A stretch of DNA of 64,000 nucleotides. Source: Octopus sinensis. Its lineage: Eukaryota. The position numbers were made by a program, and so were the translations under genes. The stretch lies in NCBI RefSeq assembly GCF_006345805.1, contig NC_043019.1, forward strand, positions 9,051,360 to 9,115,359, in the 5' to 3' direction. This document shows, piece by piece, positions 12,273-25,660 of this stretch (positions are counted from its first letter, which is position 1; each line of letters begins with the position of its first letter). The notes under the pieces are model-generated. The model was not told the DNA's origin. It saw only the letters and a program-made list of their open reading frames with translations, and made no database searches.

Positions 12273-12697
12273 GCATGAGTATATGTAGATAGATTGGTAC
12301 ATAGGCAAACAAACGCACAGACAGACAGCCACGGTAAATAAAAGATGGTGTATACGTGAAAAACTATAAAACAGAAAAAACAAATTTTAATAATGGAGAT
12401 ATAGAAGTTGATACAGTGTAAAAAAAATCTTTGGCTCATATTCTATTTAAAAAGTACTGAGTCACATTGAAACCAATAAAATTTCATGGAACAAATAGCT
12501 TTACTTAATGAACAAATGTCTATGGCATTTCCATTCCTGGTCTTTCCTTCTCTGCTTCACCCTCTTTCTATCTCTCTCTCTCTATCTCTCTCCTCTCTCT
12601 CTCTCTCTCTCTCAATTCTCTATCTTTCTCCTTCTGTCAATCTCTCGCTGAGTCAGAGCGCATGTTTCGGAGTCTCTCTATTTCCACGTATATGTAG

Positions 12698-12744
<47 letters not shown>

Positions 12745-12853
12745 ATATATTATTACCTATATACCTATATATGTATGAATATATGTATACAAAGATATAA
12801 AAAATATATATGCGTATATATATGCATATATATAAATGCATAAATAAATATAG

Positions 12854-12889
<36 letters not shown>

Positions 12890-13062
12890 TGACATATTTC
12901 TAAATATCCGTGTGTCTGTGTGTAGCTATTTTAATGCGTGTGAGTGAGTTAGAGAGTGCGTGCGCGAGTGCATGCACTCCAAATTTTATTCTATTAATAC
13001 GTAAGACATTATTTTATATTTTGTGAACTATTATCAGCGGAATAGCAAATCAAATACACTCA

Positions 13063-13183
<121 letters not shown>

Positions 13184-13610
13184 TATATATATATTATATT
13201 ATAATATATATAGATATATATATATATATATGTATATTATATATATACATATATATATGTGTGTGTGGTGTCTACGTATGTGTGTTTGTGTGTGTGAGTT
13301 TATATATGTTTATATATACAAACACAAAACACACATATAAGTGTACGTAGATTCACTTAGACACTCATATACACATAGATACCAGCAAGATACCGGCAAA
13401 TATATACGCATGCGAACACAACGTTGAACTTTGAATACTCGTGCGTGTTTGTGAAATGTTTTCGTTTTTTTCCAGTCTTTCTACACCGAATAAACTTCTC
13501 TTAGATGCTATTTCATTTAACTTTTGTTCTTTATCATCCATATTAATGATATTCAAATCGAGAAGAGACGTTTACATAACGTCTACATGTCATGTATATA
13601 TATGTATATA

Positions 13611-13671
<61 letters not shown>

Positions 13672-13860
13672 ACGTAATAGCTAACATATTTACATAGATA
13701 TATGGATTGAGCGGATGAATGTGTATATGTGTGCATAATACTTTACATATGCTCACTACTTCGCTATATACGTATGTGAATGTATGTTAGCCTGTATCCC
13801 TTTGTATTTAAATATATATGAACAACACATACACACACACACATATATATATATATATAT

Positions 13861-13894
<34 letters not shown>

Positions 13895-14248
13895 CTAGAA
13901 GACTGAAAAAACATTTCTGGTGTCATTTTTTCACCATTACAAGTGTTTCGTTTCCTGTTAAGTGTTATAAAATTGTAAATATAGGAGAAACACGTTAGAC
14001 ATTTCCTATTAGGAATTCTTCAGGACGAGATTGAGTGCTCTGAAGTACTTCTAAAAGGAGATGTTTACTTTTTCATATGTAATTACGCAACAAAATTATT
14101 TAAGCATTTAAGACCTCAGGACTTATTCTTTGTAAGTCTACTTCTTATTCCATCAGTCTCCGTTTCTAACCGAAATTACTGTATCTAAGGTAACATGTTC
14201 CAAGTAATGCGAAATTTATATATTTATATTAGGTATGTTACTGACCAC

Positions 14249-14301
<53 letters not shown>

Positions 14302-14343
14302 ATATATATTGTGTGTGTGTGTTAAAAATAGGTGAATGAGTTG

Positions 14344-14454
14344 TCTGTTACTACAATTGTTTCATTAAATAATTTTTGTATTTTGACCTAAGAATAATAC
14401 AATTAGTTAAATTGTGTAATGCGTCACCTCCTAATTCCCAACTCATCAGGCAGA
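14344..14454 (-). ncRNA. Decayed type I hammerhead, long stem II
   Basis: TCTGC-CTGATGA-GTTGGGAATT...AATTATTTAAT-GAAA-C-AATT-G-T-A-G(TAA)CAGA: intact core, palindromic ACAATTGT stem III. Stem II is held mostly by G-U pairs. Confidence 0.5.
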
Positions 14455-15169
14455 ATTGATTATCAACAAGTAAAAATTTGATCCATAATATCATACATAT
14501 ACATACACTGCGTGTGCGCGTGTTTGTGCGTATGTATGTACATGTATATATACATATATGTATGTGTACAGCGGGAGTGTCTCTGTAATCAGCGTTGCAG
14601 CAGGTGATGACACGTTTTACAGCATTTCTGCAGTTCACAGAGCATTAAGTGTCACCCGTGAGTGTAACAATTAGATACCCGACGCCAGTCACCATGATAC
14701 AGGCAACACTTTTCCAACACCCAAATAGATTCCAGTTGTCTACATCTGGTAACTTTTTCACAACTACAGATTTTATGTTTATGCTCTCCAACGCCGTCGA
14801 CTTTCACCAGTACATCAAGTTGTTTCTTAAAAAGGAAAGACAAAATATAGTCAAATTTAATCCGAAAACCGAAAGTGCATGTTCGTGCGTGCATGGGAAC
14901 GCGCGCGTGTGTGTATACCTTCCAGTAATATAACTATTTAATTTATTATATACTATATATATATATATATATAATATATATATATATATATAATCAAAAT
15001 AAGCAACAAGGATATCCAGAGGAAATGCAGTACGATCGTTTCATGCGACTCCATTTAATTGAACAATGCAAATATTTCACTTTGAATTATATGGATATAC
15101 AATACTAAATTCTGGTGCCTTTAACTTAAGTACCATATTCAACTGAATCTAAATTTTACTGAACCTGTA

Positions 15170-15305
<136 letters not shown>

Positions 15306-16733
15306 ATATATATTTATATTTATTTATTATATATTTATATTTATATTATATATTGCCTAATCTAAATGATTTAATTTGGCAATACTTGGTACATGTTACT
15401 TTAGCTACATTAATTTCAGTTCGCAAAAGTTTAACTGCTGTAGGTTATGTATATATATATATAAATGACAGAAACATCTTAATGTGTGTGTCATCCGTAG
15501 GTTGATTAAAAACAAGTTCCCTATTTATTGGCGAGGAATAAAAGACGGATTATTGTTATAATGTTAGAAATTTGGTTTTGTCAAAACTTTGCTCCAAGAA
15601 CTGAAATTTATCGAATGTAATTAATACAGACTACAATCTTCATAATTAATAAAGCTCAATCACATCGCCGTGCTTTAAGGCTTTAACGTGTGTTCTGGTC
15701 TTACAAACATGTTTTACGCTTCCTCTCCAATGAGTGAACCAAGACATCATTTGTAACTTTTAGTCAAAAGATTTTAAACACTGATATAAGATTATTGCAT
15801 GCTTCGGAAGAAACCTCGCCTGCAGTTTCAATGTCTGCAAATAAATTATTCTTTATAATAGAAAGATGATAACAATTACAGTTCGTGAAATGAAGAGGAA
15901 GCTTCTAGAATACATGCTGGAAGCTCATTTTGCCCGAATTAGTTCAGAATGGTAGTGATGCTGATTGGAAGAGAAATGAAAACGCAAACATAATTTACGT
16001 TGGTCATTAAATAAGAAGTAAGGGTTTGGGTGGTTGAGTTGTCGAAGGAATTCAGGAATTTCTTCAGGAGTTGGAAAGCAAATCTGTTGGTAAAACTGAT
16101 TCACTGATTACTGCGAAAATGGTAAAAGATGGGCCAGAAATGGCAAGAAATTTGACAATTCAAATCATTACGAATGCAACTAATATAAAACTTTAAGAAT
16201 TTCGAAGTAAAGTAAAAAGTCCACCGTAGAGCAACATACGAAATTCTACACTAATTGGAAAAATGTCATAGAGCTTAAAAAGAAGGAAGAGAAGCAAACG
16301 ACGCGCATGCGTGTGTGTGTATACGCACAAAATAATTGTAATTTTAATTCCATTTCAAGAAATACCTGATAAAATTTTCTTTCTGTGTTTTTCTAATATT
16401 TTGGTACAAAGTCAGTAATTTTGGAAGAAAGGAGTTGGTATATAACTGTTGACTCCGATACTTCACTAATGCTTTGTTCCATGGGCTCCGAACAAATGAG
16501 GAGCCAATTATTTGACCTCCGTTGAATAACAGCTCAACACATGAGGAGCCAGAAGACGCAGCTCACAGACGTTTTTCGAGATTCTTAAAATTATGTCCGG
16601 CACCTTCCTTTTGACCATCTCAATTGATTGGATCAGTTGCGGAAATTATCCCCCGTCTAAACGATGAACCGCTGTAAACATATACAAAATTATTCTGAGT
16701 TTCAGTGAACCTACATTCTAGAACTATGTCTAA

Positions 16734-17098
16734 GGCGACGAGCCGGCAGAAACGTTAGCACGCCGGGTGAAATGCGTAGCGGTATTTCGTCTGCGCTACG
16801 TTCTGAGTTCAAATTCTGCCGAGGTCGACTTTGCCTTTCATCCTTTCGGGGTCGATAAATTAAGTGCCAATTTACTCACTGGAGCCGATGTAATCGACTT
16901 AATCGCTTTGTCTGTCCTTGTTTGTTCCATCTATGTTTAGCCCCTTGTGAGTAGTAAAGAAATAGGTATTTCGTCTGTCTTTACGTTCTGTGTTCAAATT
17001 CCGCCGAGATCGACTTTGCTTTTCATCCTTTCGGTACTGGGGCAATCTAATCGACTGGACCCCTCCCGAAAAATTTCAGGCCTTTTGCCGCCAGAAGT
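16734..17098 (+). mobile_element. SINE family A, full head plus internally duplicated body
   Basis: Starts 'ggcgacgagccggcagaaacgttagcacgccggg'. The body 'ggtatttcgtctg...gttcaaattc.gccgag.tcgactttgc' occurs twice (~16790 and ~16965). Confidence 0.85.
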
Positions 17099-18710
17099 AA
17101 AAAAAAAAATTCTAGTAATCTGTAAAAATACATTCCATTGTTTTCTCTCAGACACCATTTTTGAATTGTATAAAATTTCTCTTTTTTTTTTCATACCGCA
17201 ACGAACGTAGACAAATGAAGATTTACTGTATTAGACAGATGCTTGTATACAACGTTATATATTTGTCTGGATTCTGTGTGTCTTTGTATATATTTTTGTA
17301 TATACATACACACACGCACACAAAAACACATATATAAACGTATGAGTGATTATTTTCGAGAAAATGTGAAAAAATTCTTTTTTGTGGATAATATATCTCG
17401 AAGCACACACATAACGCTATAAACAGTAGCATATAAACATTGTGTTCAAGAAAGCCTTTTTGGACAGGAAGAATTACACGGGGGAGCCTTCACCTTTTTC
17501 TATCCCACCCAAAATTTTGAAGCCAATATTTATGTGCTACGGTATATAGCTTTATGTGGTACTACTTCAAAATATTCCAAAAATGAATTATTTCACTTTC
17601 TCTCGTAATTTTATGAAATCATTATGACATCAACAAATACATACATACATACATACATACTATGCATGCATACATATATGTGTGTGAATATATATATATA
17701 TATATTATATATATATATATATATATACATAAAAGCACGTGTATAAATAATATACATACATATACGTATTAATGTGTGTTTATATTCTATTTAGCAGATT
17801 TCATTTATCTGTCACATTTTAACAGCGAACATGAACAGAAAAAGACAATGTATTTCTACAAATGTTTTTGCTTTTAATAATCTATGTTACTTGCGACGTC
17901 GGTGATTAATCTCTTAAAGCTAAAAAGAAATATAAATTATTTTCAAATACGCTTGTCAGTTTGTGACGATGTTTAAACTGTCTGTTAAATTTTCAATGTT
18001 TTCCGCTTATCAAATTAGAACTATTTCTATGCTTTCAAACTTCCAAAAGCCTGAGAGGCGTATTCGTTGCTACAACAAGTGTGGTTAACCCTTCCTCACG
18101 TTTCTGCTGATGACACCGTATTTAATCCCAACTAAACATGGCTAAATGAATCTTTATAAAAGATTTCTGTAGTAAAGAACCTTTTTGAATCCAAGGTAAT
18201 GAAACAGATGTTTACATATAATCAAAAACTTTGAAATATAGTATGGAACCATCTTCTAAAGAATTTGTAAGAAACATGATTATTCTCAACGAAAACAGCC
18301 GCAGGAACAAAACTAGTAATTGTTTCTGATCTGGGCACAAAGGCATTGAATTTGAGTACAGGTTGTTAGTTGGTACCATTGATGCAAGTACAGAGAGAGG
18401 ACAAGCAAATTTGACCACGGTGAGACATGACTCCTGATAGGAAAGAACCAGAAGAAATAGCACATGGCACTTCATTAGACACTCCTACGATGCTGCAGAT
18501 TATCAGGACAAAGTACTGGGGTCGCTTAATTCTTTAAACAAATAGCATGCAATTGTTTCTAATTTCGGCAGCAACATTTTTTCGACGGAAGTGAATCGAT
18601 TTCATAAACACAATTCTTCAATTCTTCTGTTTTCTTTAATCGATTCCGGAGAGATTAAAGTATACATCAGAGTGTTTGAACTTTAATCCTATAAAAGGAA
18701 CTTTACTCAG

Positions 18711-19193
18711 ATGAGTTACACATCTGTCGGGGTCTTGGATGCGAATATAGACCAGACGTTGTATCGTCTTTTAAGTAAGTTCATTTGCTGAACGACCTCA
18801 CGCTATTATATTTAATTCTGGTTGCTGTCAGTGATGGCAGACTTTCCGCCGAAACCCGATCTTTCTCGAACACAGCGACGTGTATGCACTTTTAAGTTGG
18901 TTAAGATTCAAAGATTTTCTAAAACCCGATCTGCAGTTCGGTGGCTCTACATGAGAGTAGCCACAAATGAAATACTTTGAGGACAGTCACTCTTTATGTA
19001 CTAAAAGGTGCAGTGTGGCCAGTCTTTGTTTTGTGTGTTTAGAAAAACTACTACGAATATCGTGTTCGTTTCTACTCGTGGTGAGCTTGAATAGTATCTT
19101 AAATGCACGATGGGATTGTGAGAAAATAACTAGTGAAATAAAAGGAGGGAGATGCCTGGCAAATCTTCCGAAACACTTCCTACTGCCATACAG
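18711..19193 (+). CDS. Candidate two-exon start of an unidentified host gene (18711-18774 + 19043-19193)
   Basis: ctttactcag|ATG...TTA A|gtaagt ... tttgttttgtgtgtttag|AA AAA...TAC AG|gtaacg. Joined, they read open as MSYTSVGVLDANIDQTLYRLLKKLLRISCSFLLVVSLNSILNARWDCEKITSEIKGGRCLANLPKHFLLPY. No homology recognised. Confidence 0.3.
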
Positions 19194-19319
19194 GTAACGT
19201 CTATCTTTACAAAGCACACACACATACAAACACACACACACACACACACATATATATGTGAATATATGTATATATGTATATACATACAAATATATATATA
19301 TATAAATAATAAATAAATA

Positions 19320-19387
<68 letters not shown>

Positions 19388-19427
19388 TGATCAAAATAAA
19401 AAAATAAAAACATGAGGCGAAGGATCA

Positions 19428-19505
19428 GCGGTACATAGTTTTCGGGCCTTTATTAGACAGATTCATAACAAATCATAATGTATGTCTGTGGCCTTCTTCA
19501 GCCGC
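19428..19505 (-). ncRNA. Type I hammerhead at the putative 3' end of the Naiad-type element
   Basis: GCGG-CTGAAGA-A-GGCC-(ACAGA...TCTGT hairpin)-GGCC-C-GAAAAC-TAT-G-T-A-CCGC: stem I GCGG/CCGC, GUA site. Confidence 0.7.
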
Positions 19506-20699
19506 GCACAACAGCTTCCACAAGGACATGTGTTACTTCCGAAATTCTTGGTTGGGGATGCAAATCTTCTCGTTCCCGTACGACATAATGCGGCAGCAGC
19601 ATCGAATTGAATCGTCCATCCCTTTCTTCTCTCAATGTAGAATGAGGAAACTTGGATGTTGAGGTAATGTAATAATAAATACGTATATAGAGGTGAAGAT
19701 GGAGGGGCGAGAGTTCGGACGAGGATAAAGAATATAAAATAATATAAAATAATATAAAATGTAGAGGATAAAGAATAAAGAGGTTATAAGGAGATGTAAA
19801 GGGGGTATACAGAAGTATAAAGAAATATAAATACATGTAAAGGCATATGTTGTAAAGTAAAAATAGAAATGGAAATAATAGTAAAAGAAGTAAAAGAACC
19901 TGATAAAAACATGATAAAAGTGTAAAAGAATGTAAAGATAAGGATGTATAGAGGTCGCGGACCCAGCATGGTGGTCAGGAGATTGATAAAGCTTAGTTGT
20001 AGAACTGTCAGTAAATTAACGGTTTCGTCGTAAATCAGAGCTGATGAGAGTTTAATCTGGTTCCTTGAATTAAATGGACTTCCAGTACATACATATCATC
20101 ATGGGTACATACACCCACATACACACGCGTACATATACGTCTCCAAGTCTATAAGCAAACACACGCACTCGCGTGTAAACACGTACATAAACACACCGCA
20201 CCCACACGCACGCGCGCACACACACATACATACAACAGAATATCCGCATATATAGACGGACATTACGCGCGTACACGCTCACATGTATATACGCACGCCC
20301 CTCACTACATACGTACACGTATATGCCCACGTCTCTAGGTCTAGGTATAAGATATTAAAGGATGTGTATAAGAACGTATGTAAAGAATCCCGTACTCATG
20401 TAATACGCGCACGCACACACGGCTGTGTCCGTATGTGCGTGCACATATATATATTCACATACACACACAGAGACACACGCGCCCATGGGTATAGTCATAA
20501 GATATCGAAGTATGCATGTACATATACGCGCGCGCATATGTATGTATGCGCATACACACGTACGCGGACGCTCGGATACTCAAAAGGCGGATCCATAGGT
20601 AAGTAAATAAACATATATAGAGGTGTAAAGCGGTAAATTAGGGGTAAGGATGAGGGTAAGGGTAAAGATTAGAAATAAAAAATACAGTATAAAATAAGA

Positions 20700-21000
20700 A
20701 ATACAATGTAATAGTTAGAAATGAAATGTAAGAATTATAAGGGTTATAAGAGTTAAGGTAAGGGATGAAAATGAAAATGAGAGTAAATGGCAGTAGAATA
20801 AACGTAAAAATAAAAGTAAAAGTAAAAATAAAAAAATAAAAATAAAATTAAAAATAAAAATAAATGGAAGTAGGATAAAAGTAAAAATAAAAATAAAAAT
20901 GAAAATAAAAATAAAAATAAAAATAAAAGTAAAAATAAAATAAAATAAAATATAATATATAAAAATAAAAAAATAAAAAAATAAGGTAAAAATATAATTT
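20700..21000. repeat. (TAAAA)n-like A-rich tract
   Basis: Direct reading; lies inside the inferred PLE 3' region. Confidence 0.9.
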
Positions 21001-23749
21001 TGTAAAGATTAACATGAGATGGAGGTGGCCCACATATATATATATATGTGTATATGTACACACACATACACGTATGTGCACATACACACGCACACACACA
21101 CACACACACATACACACTCACATATAGGAAAACGGGATGTGCTGGAGCCGACAGTTTGCGCCGGGTGGGAGGAAATAGCATGGGGGAGTTGGTATAAGAC
21201 CTAAGCATTGTAGTATTTGAAAGTATTAATAAGTTTATGTATACAGGATGGTTTGAACTCTGACCTTTGTTAATAAGATTGTGTTTGTCTTTGAATTTCA
21301 AGATGTCAGGAGTTCTACACAGCATAGTTGGCATCCTGCTCTATTATTTAAATAAGGTGCAGCTGATCCGATGATGGACCATCTGAGTTTGAAGCTTATG
21401 CATTTGTTTTAATTCCCAAATTCTTTTAGAGAGGGAGGTGCTGTTAGCCTTATGTCTATGTCTCAGCGAGGGACCGGTGGTTGTAGTATCTGGATTTCCA
21501 GGAGGTTGAGCAACCAATATAGGTGAGTGTGTTAAATTGAGTACTCACCTCACATGAGTATATTACGTTTTTCGCCCTGCATGCGCCCTGCAGCGGGCAC
21601 TCTGATGCACATCTGCAGTTGCATTGCATTGCATTATTCGGTCGTGTGCTGCTAATCCTAGGCGGAGGTGTTGCAATACGAGTGGGGGCGTTGGTATCCT
21701 CCTGGTTGTTGATGGGTGTAGTATTTCCTCTGTTGTGCTGGCGGGTGTTATTACTAACTGCTTGGGTATTATGGTTGCCAGTCTGGTTATAATGCCTACT
21801 GTCTAGATGAGGGGGGTTCTGTTGGTCGCTATGGTTTGCTCTTGATCTAGCTGTTCTAATATTAATTTTTTGTTTAGCTAAGAGGCAGCTCATGTTGGGC
21901 AGGGTAGAGTAGGAAATCCTAATAGTTTTGTTGGAGAAGATACTTCTATATTGTGGGTGGGTGGAAGTTGTGGAAATTATAGAGAATATTCTTTACATAA
22001 CCTACCCCTAATTGCTAAGTTGAAAGGTATGTTGAACCATATGTATTTGCGTAATCTACTATATCCCTTCTATTTCTCCTAATAGGATCTATATTGTTCT
22101 CGTCGGGAGGGTTACTATTGTGTGCTGTTCTATTAGTTCGCCTATTTCCTATACGTTGTTTGGAGTTTGAATTAGACTTATCGGTAGTGTGAGTTGAGTG
22201 CTGAGTTCGATTATAATTGGGAGTCTATAGTCGACGGACGCTCCCGGTTGGTCTACATATGATATTCTCTGTTATATCCGGCACTATAGAGAGCTTGGTT
22301 GTAGTGTTGAGCCTGATTATTGAAATTTCTCTATTAGAGGATAGTTTTGTCAGTCTGTCTGAGATGGCTTGGACTGTGGTGCTAATTATACAGGGTGGAT
22401 GGTTGGAAGAGGTATGGATGTATTTGGTAGTTTCTTCTGGTTTCCTATACGGGTAGTGAAGGTGCTTATTCAAATCTAACGTAACATCTAAGAAGTTTAC
22501 TATTTTAGTATTGGTCATAAATTCTAGTTTAAGATTGAAGGATTTGAAAAAAAAAGCCTGATCTTTTTCCTAATTCTTTCTAGTTTTCTCCTATTGTTGG
22601 TGGGGTATATGAAGAGAGCGTCGTCTCTGTATAGACCCCCCTGAAGATCCGTACCTCGGAGAAAGCTTCTTGAGCAGGTAGGCCCCGACCAAGTCAGTCA
22701 CCTGAGCTGAATCGCTCGAGCCCATAGCCACATCGAAATTGTCGGGGGTATCGGATCTGGTCCAGAGTCTACCGTCGAATTCTATTATGGTTTTTCTAGC
22801 TAATAGAATTATGTCAATTTTTTCTCTGTCTATGAGTGAAAGGTGCGGGCAAAAATAAGGGATTTGTTAAGTAAGATGGGGGATATACTGGGCGTAGTAG
22901 CTGGCTATGTCGAATTGGATGAATGAGTAGTCGGGCCTATTGGTGATAGTGTTAAGCCATTCTAGCACATCGCTGGTATTAATCCATAGTTGGAGTGGGA
23001 TGTGGGGTTTGATGTGTGGGATCACCTGTCCAGGATGGTCTTGCTAAGTCTGCCGATATCCGATTTAGTCGGACAGATTAATACTCCTACACTATCCGGA
23101 AGTCTTTCTTATGGTCTTTAATAGTAATTTTGGGTACTTGCGGTTTTATAGGTTCTGTTCTGTCCAGGAGGTCTAATTTGCTCATAACTTCCTTGATTTT
23201 GTAATTAATTTCCTTAAGGTTATCCGTAGAAGTAGTTTTATACTTTTTGCTAAGTTCCCTCATGATGAGCGATATATATATATATGTGTGTGTGTGTGTG
23301 TATGTATACATGTATGTATGAATATGTATATATATCGTGCTTCGGTCACAGCGTTTTTCGACTCGAGCAATCTCCTTTAAATCCTTATTAGAATATCCGC
23401 ATATGTAGTGTCAAGACCAGCCAGCTTCCAATATCATTGAGTCGTATTTGTTACAACAAAGATATTTTGAAATAATTTAATACGTATGTTTCAGGTTTGT
23501 GTAATATATAATGGGATATACAGCCACTACGTAAACCTTCCTCAGTTAAAGTAAATAAAAATATATATACAGGGTAAATGATCACCATTATATATTTTTA
23601 TTTAATGCGATTTGTTTGTTTTTTATTTTGTCGACAACGCAGTGTAGTAGGCTAATTCGAGCACATTCTCTGAGAAAAACAGCACCATAGCGGAATTCAC
23701 TCTGCCAAGTGTTTTGGTGTCATACGGAGACAGTGCAATCTGAGGAAAT

Positions 23750-23928
23750 TTACCGACAGTGATAAAAATAAAACATCCAGTCAACATCATGATGTTTCGA
23801 GTCATCGCTAGTAATGGCGACGTTATGCTTCCATTCATCTTCCCACACATAAACTCAACTCGAAATCCGACATCAAGTGCGTAGAGGAGATAGTGCTGCC
23901 CTGGGTCAAGAAGGTGGCTGCTGGGAGA
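23750..23928 (+). mobile_element. maT/DD37D-like (Tc1-mariner) transposase fragment
   Basis: KHPVNIMMFRVIASNGDVMLPFIFPH...IKCVEEIVLPWVKKVAAGR resembles the catalytic-domain segment of maT-type transposases. Confidence 0.7.
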
Positions 23929-23929
23929 A

Positions 23930-24281
23930 GCTGACATAGTTTTATACAGGGACGATGGACTGGGAGTTGTACACAATAGAAACGAATATGAAATGGATAG
24001 AATAAGGGGAAAAAATTGCAAAATATTTAACCAACTGGTCCCAGAAAATGCAATTAGTACAAACCTTAAAAAAATCAACTTCCTACACAATAACATGAAT
24101 CTTAACACAAGAAAGGTTAAACCCTACGACAAAGAAACGAGGAAGCCTCGCACATAGACATAGGTTTCAACCACCCCCAGCAGTAATTGAATAAATAGTT
24201 AACAACATTAGCAGGTGGGGTCTCCAATTTGTTCGTCTGCAGAGACACCTTTGAAAAAGCTGCCCCATATTATAATGAATG
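23930..24281 (+). mobile_element. Second Penelope-like (Naiad-type) RT fragment
   Basis: ADIVLYRDDGLGVVH...MDRIR, ISTNLKKINFL..MNLNT..VKPY, NHP, FEKAAPYYNE (frameshifted). Confidence 0.8.
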
Positions 24282-24790
24282 TGACAGTTTTCCAAAATTA
24301 AGGCGAATATCTTTCTCAATGTGATCGGCTTGAAAATTTATAAGACACTAGGATATTTTCCTACTCTTCTTAACATGAAACCAGTTATAGCCTTAATTCA
24401 CACACATACAGAGAGAGAGAGAGAGAGAGTGAGAGAGAGAGAGAGAGAGACACACACACACACACACACACATAGTAGCTGCGTTGTTCGTCCGGAGATA
24501 TTCTGTCTTATGGACGTGCCGTGCTGTAAAACACTTCACGGGTCGAAAGTAGAAAAAAACCCGATGCTTTCGCCCAGAATGCTAAATGTGACTTTCTGCC
24601 ACGTTAGATGTTCTGAGTGGCATCTACTCGCAGCCAACAGCACGCCAAGACACACTCACACAAATATAAACACACACTCACAAACACACACACATACACA
24701 CATATAAACACACACATACACACACATGCATAGATAAATATGTATGCTTATTTAGATTTGTTTTATTAATTACACATGTTTTTGTGTGTG

Positions 24791-24888
24791 TGTGTGCGTG
24801 TGTGTGAGTGTGTGTGCGTGTGTGTGAGTGTGTGTGCGTGTGTGTGAGTGTGTGTGCGTGTGTGTGAGTGTGTGTGCGTGTGTGTGTG
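24791..24888. repeat. 20-bp higher-order microsatellite (tgtgtgcgtgtgtgtgagtg)x~4.5
   Basis: Direct reading. Confidence 0.9.
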
Positions 24889-25129
24889 ATCCAATGCAGT
24901 ATTCTTATAGTGATCGGCGAAGTCGCCTGACTCATTAAGAAGCCATCAATTCATTCCCAGGTTAAAAAAAAGAACAATTTAATACAACAATTATAAAAAA
25001 ATGTTTGCTAAAGCAGATATTAAGCAAACCAATTGCTCAGACCATATTTTCGAGATATTCTCTGATAATTCTTTGATATGGCTTTCTATAGAATGGATTT
25101 TGTTACCAATTTTCCATTCCGTGTCTTCT

Positions 25130-25660
25130 TTATTTGTTTTTTTGGATGTGATGCGATGACGAGACGGCGATGACGACGAAACATGACAAACACGCTGATG
25201 ATAAGCGTGATGACGGTCGTGATGACAGCAAAGACGCTGGCGAAAAACGATGAGGGTGATGGGGAAAAGGAGGGGCAAGAGGAGAGGAAGGAGGTGGAGG
25301 AAGCGGTTGAGAAAGGAGCGGAAGTTGATGATCGCGAGGGCGTTGTCTATGATGATGATGATGAGGAGGAGGATGGTGGTGATGATGGTGATGATGAGGA
25401 TGATGACGATGACGATGATGAGGACAATGATGATGATGATGATGATAACGATGATGATGACGATGATGATGATGATGATGACGATCATATGATGTCAATG
25501 CCGGTGATGACAACGTCACTGACGCCAATGACGATTTTGATGATGCAACATGATGGATGACAGTAAAGAGACTATGTTGATGCTGGAGGTGCTGTTGTTG
25601 GTAGTTGTGATGATGATGATGATGATGATGATGATGACGATGATGATGATGATGTTTTTG
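25130..25660. repeat. (GAT/GAC/GAG/GGT) mosaic trinucleotide low-complexity tract
   Basis: Direct reading; gives poly-D, poly-H or poly-M/I ORFs depending on frame. Confidence 0.85.

Larger units (their letters stand above)
19428..23265 (-). mobile_element. 5'-truncated Penelope-like retroelement (Naiad-type RT + GIY-YIG), frameshifted
   Basis: RT motifs KITIKDHKKDF, PTKSDIGRLSKTILD, FIQFDIASYY, FDVAMGSSDSAQVTDLVGAYLL, LYRDDAL, VNFLDVTLDL..YPYRKP..YIH.SSNHPP. Linker CNCRCASECPLQGAC (CxCx5Cx5C). EN NVIYSCEV..TYIGCSTSWKSRYYNH..STSLSKRIWELK..WSII..PY..GCQLC. The coding relic spans ~21240-23265; extension to 19428 is inferred from the same-strand HHR. Confidence 0.9.

Noticed and set aside
21240-21660. 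Selenoprotein-encoding Naiad (UGA at conserved Cys plus SECIS)
   Set aside because: Linker and C-terminal cysteines are TGC/TGT in both this element and the 10567-10947 relic, and I found no convincing AUGA..AA..GA SECIS in either 3' region.
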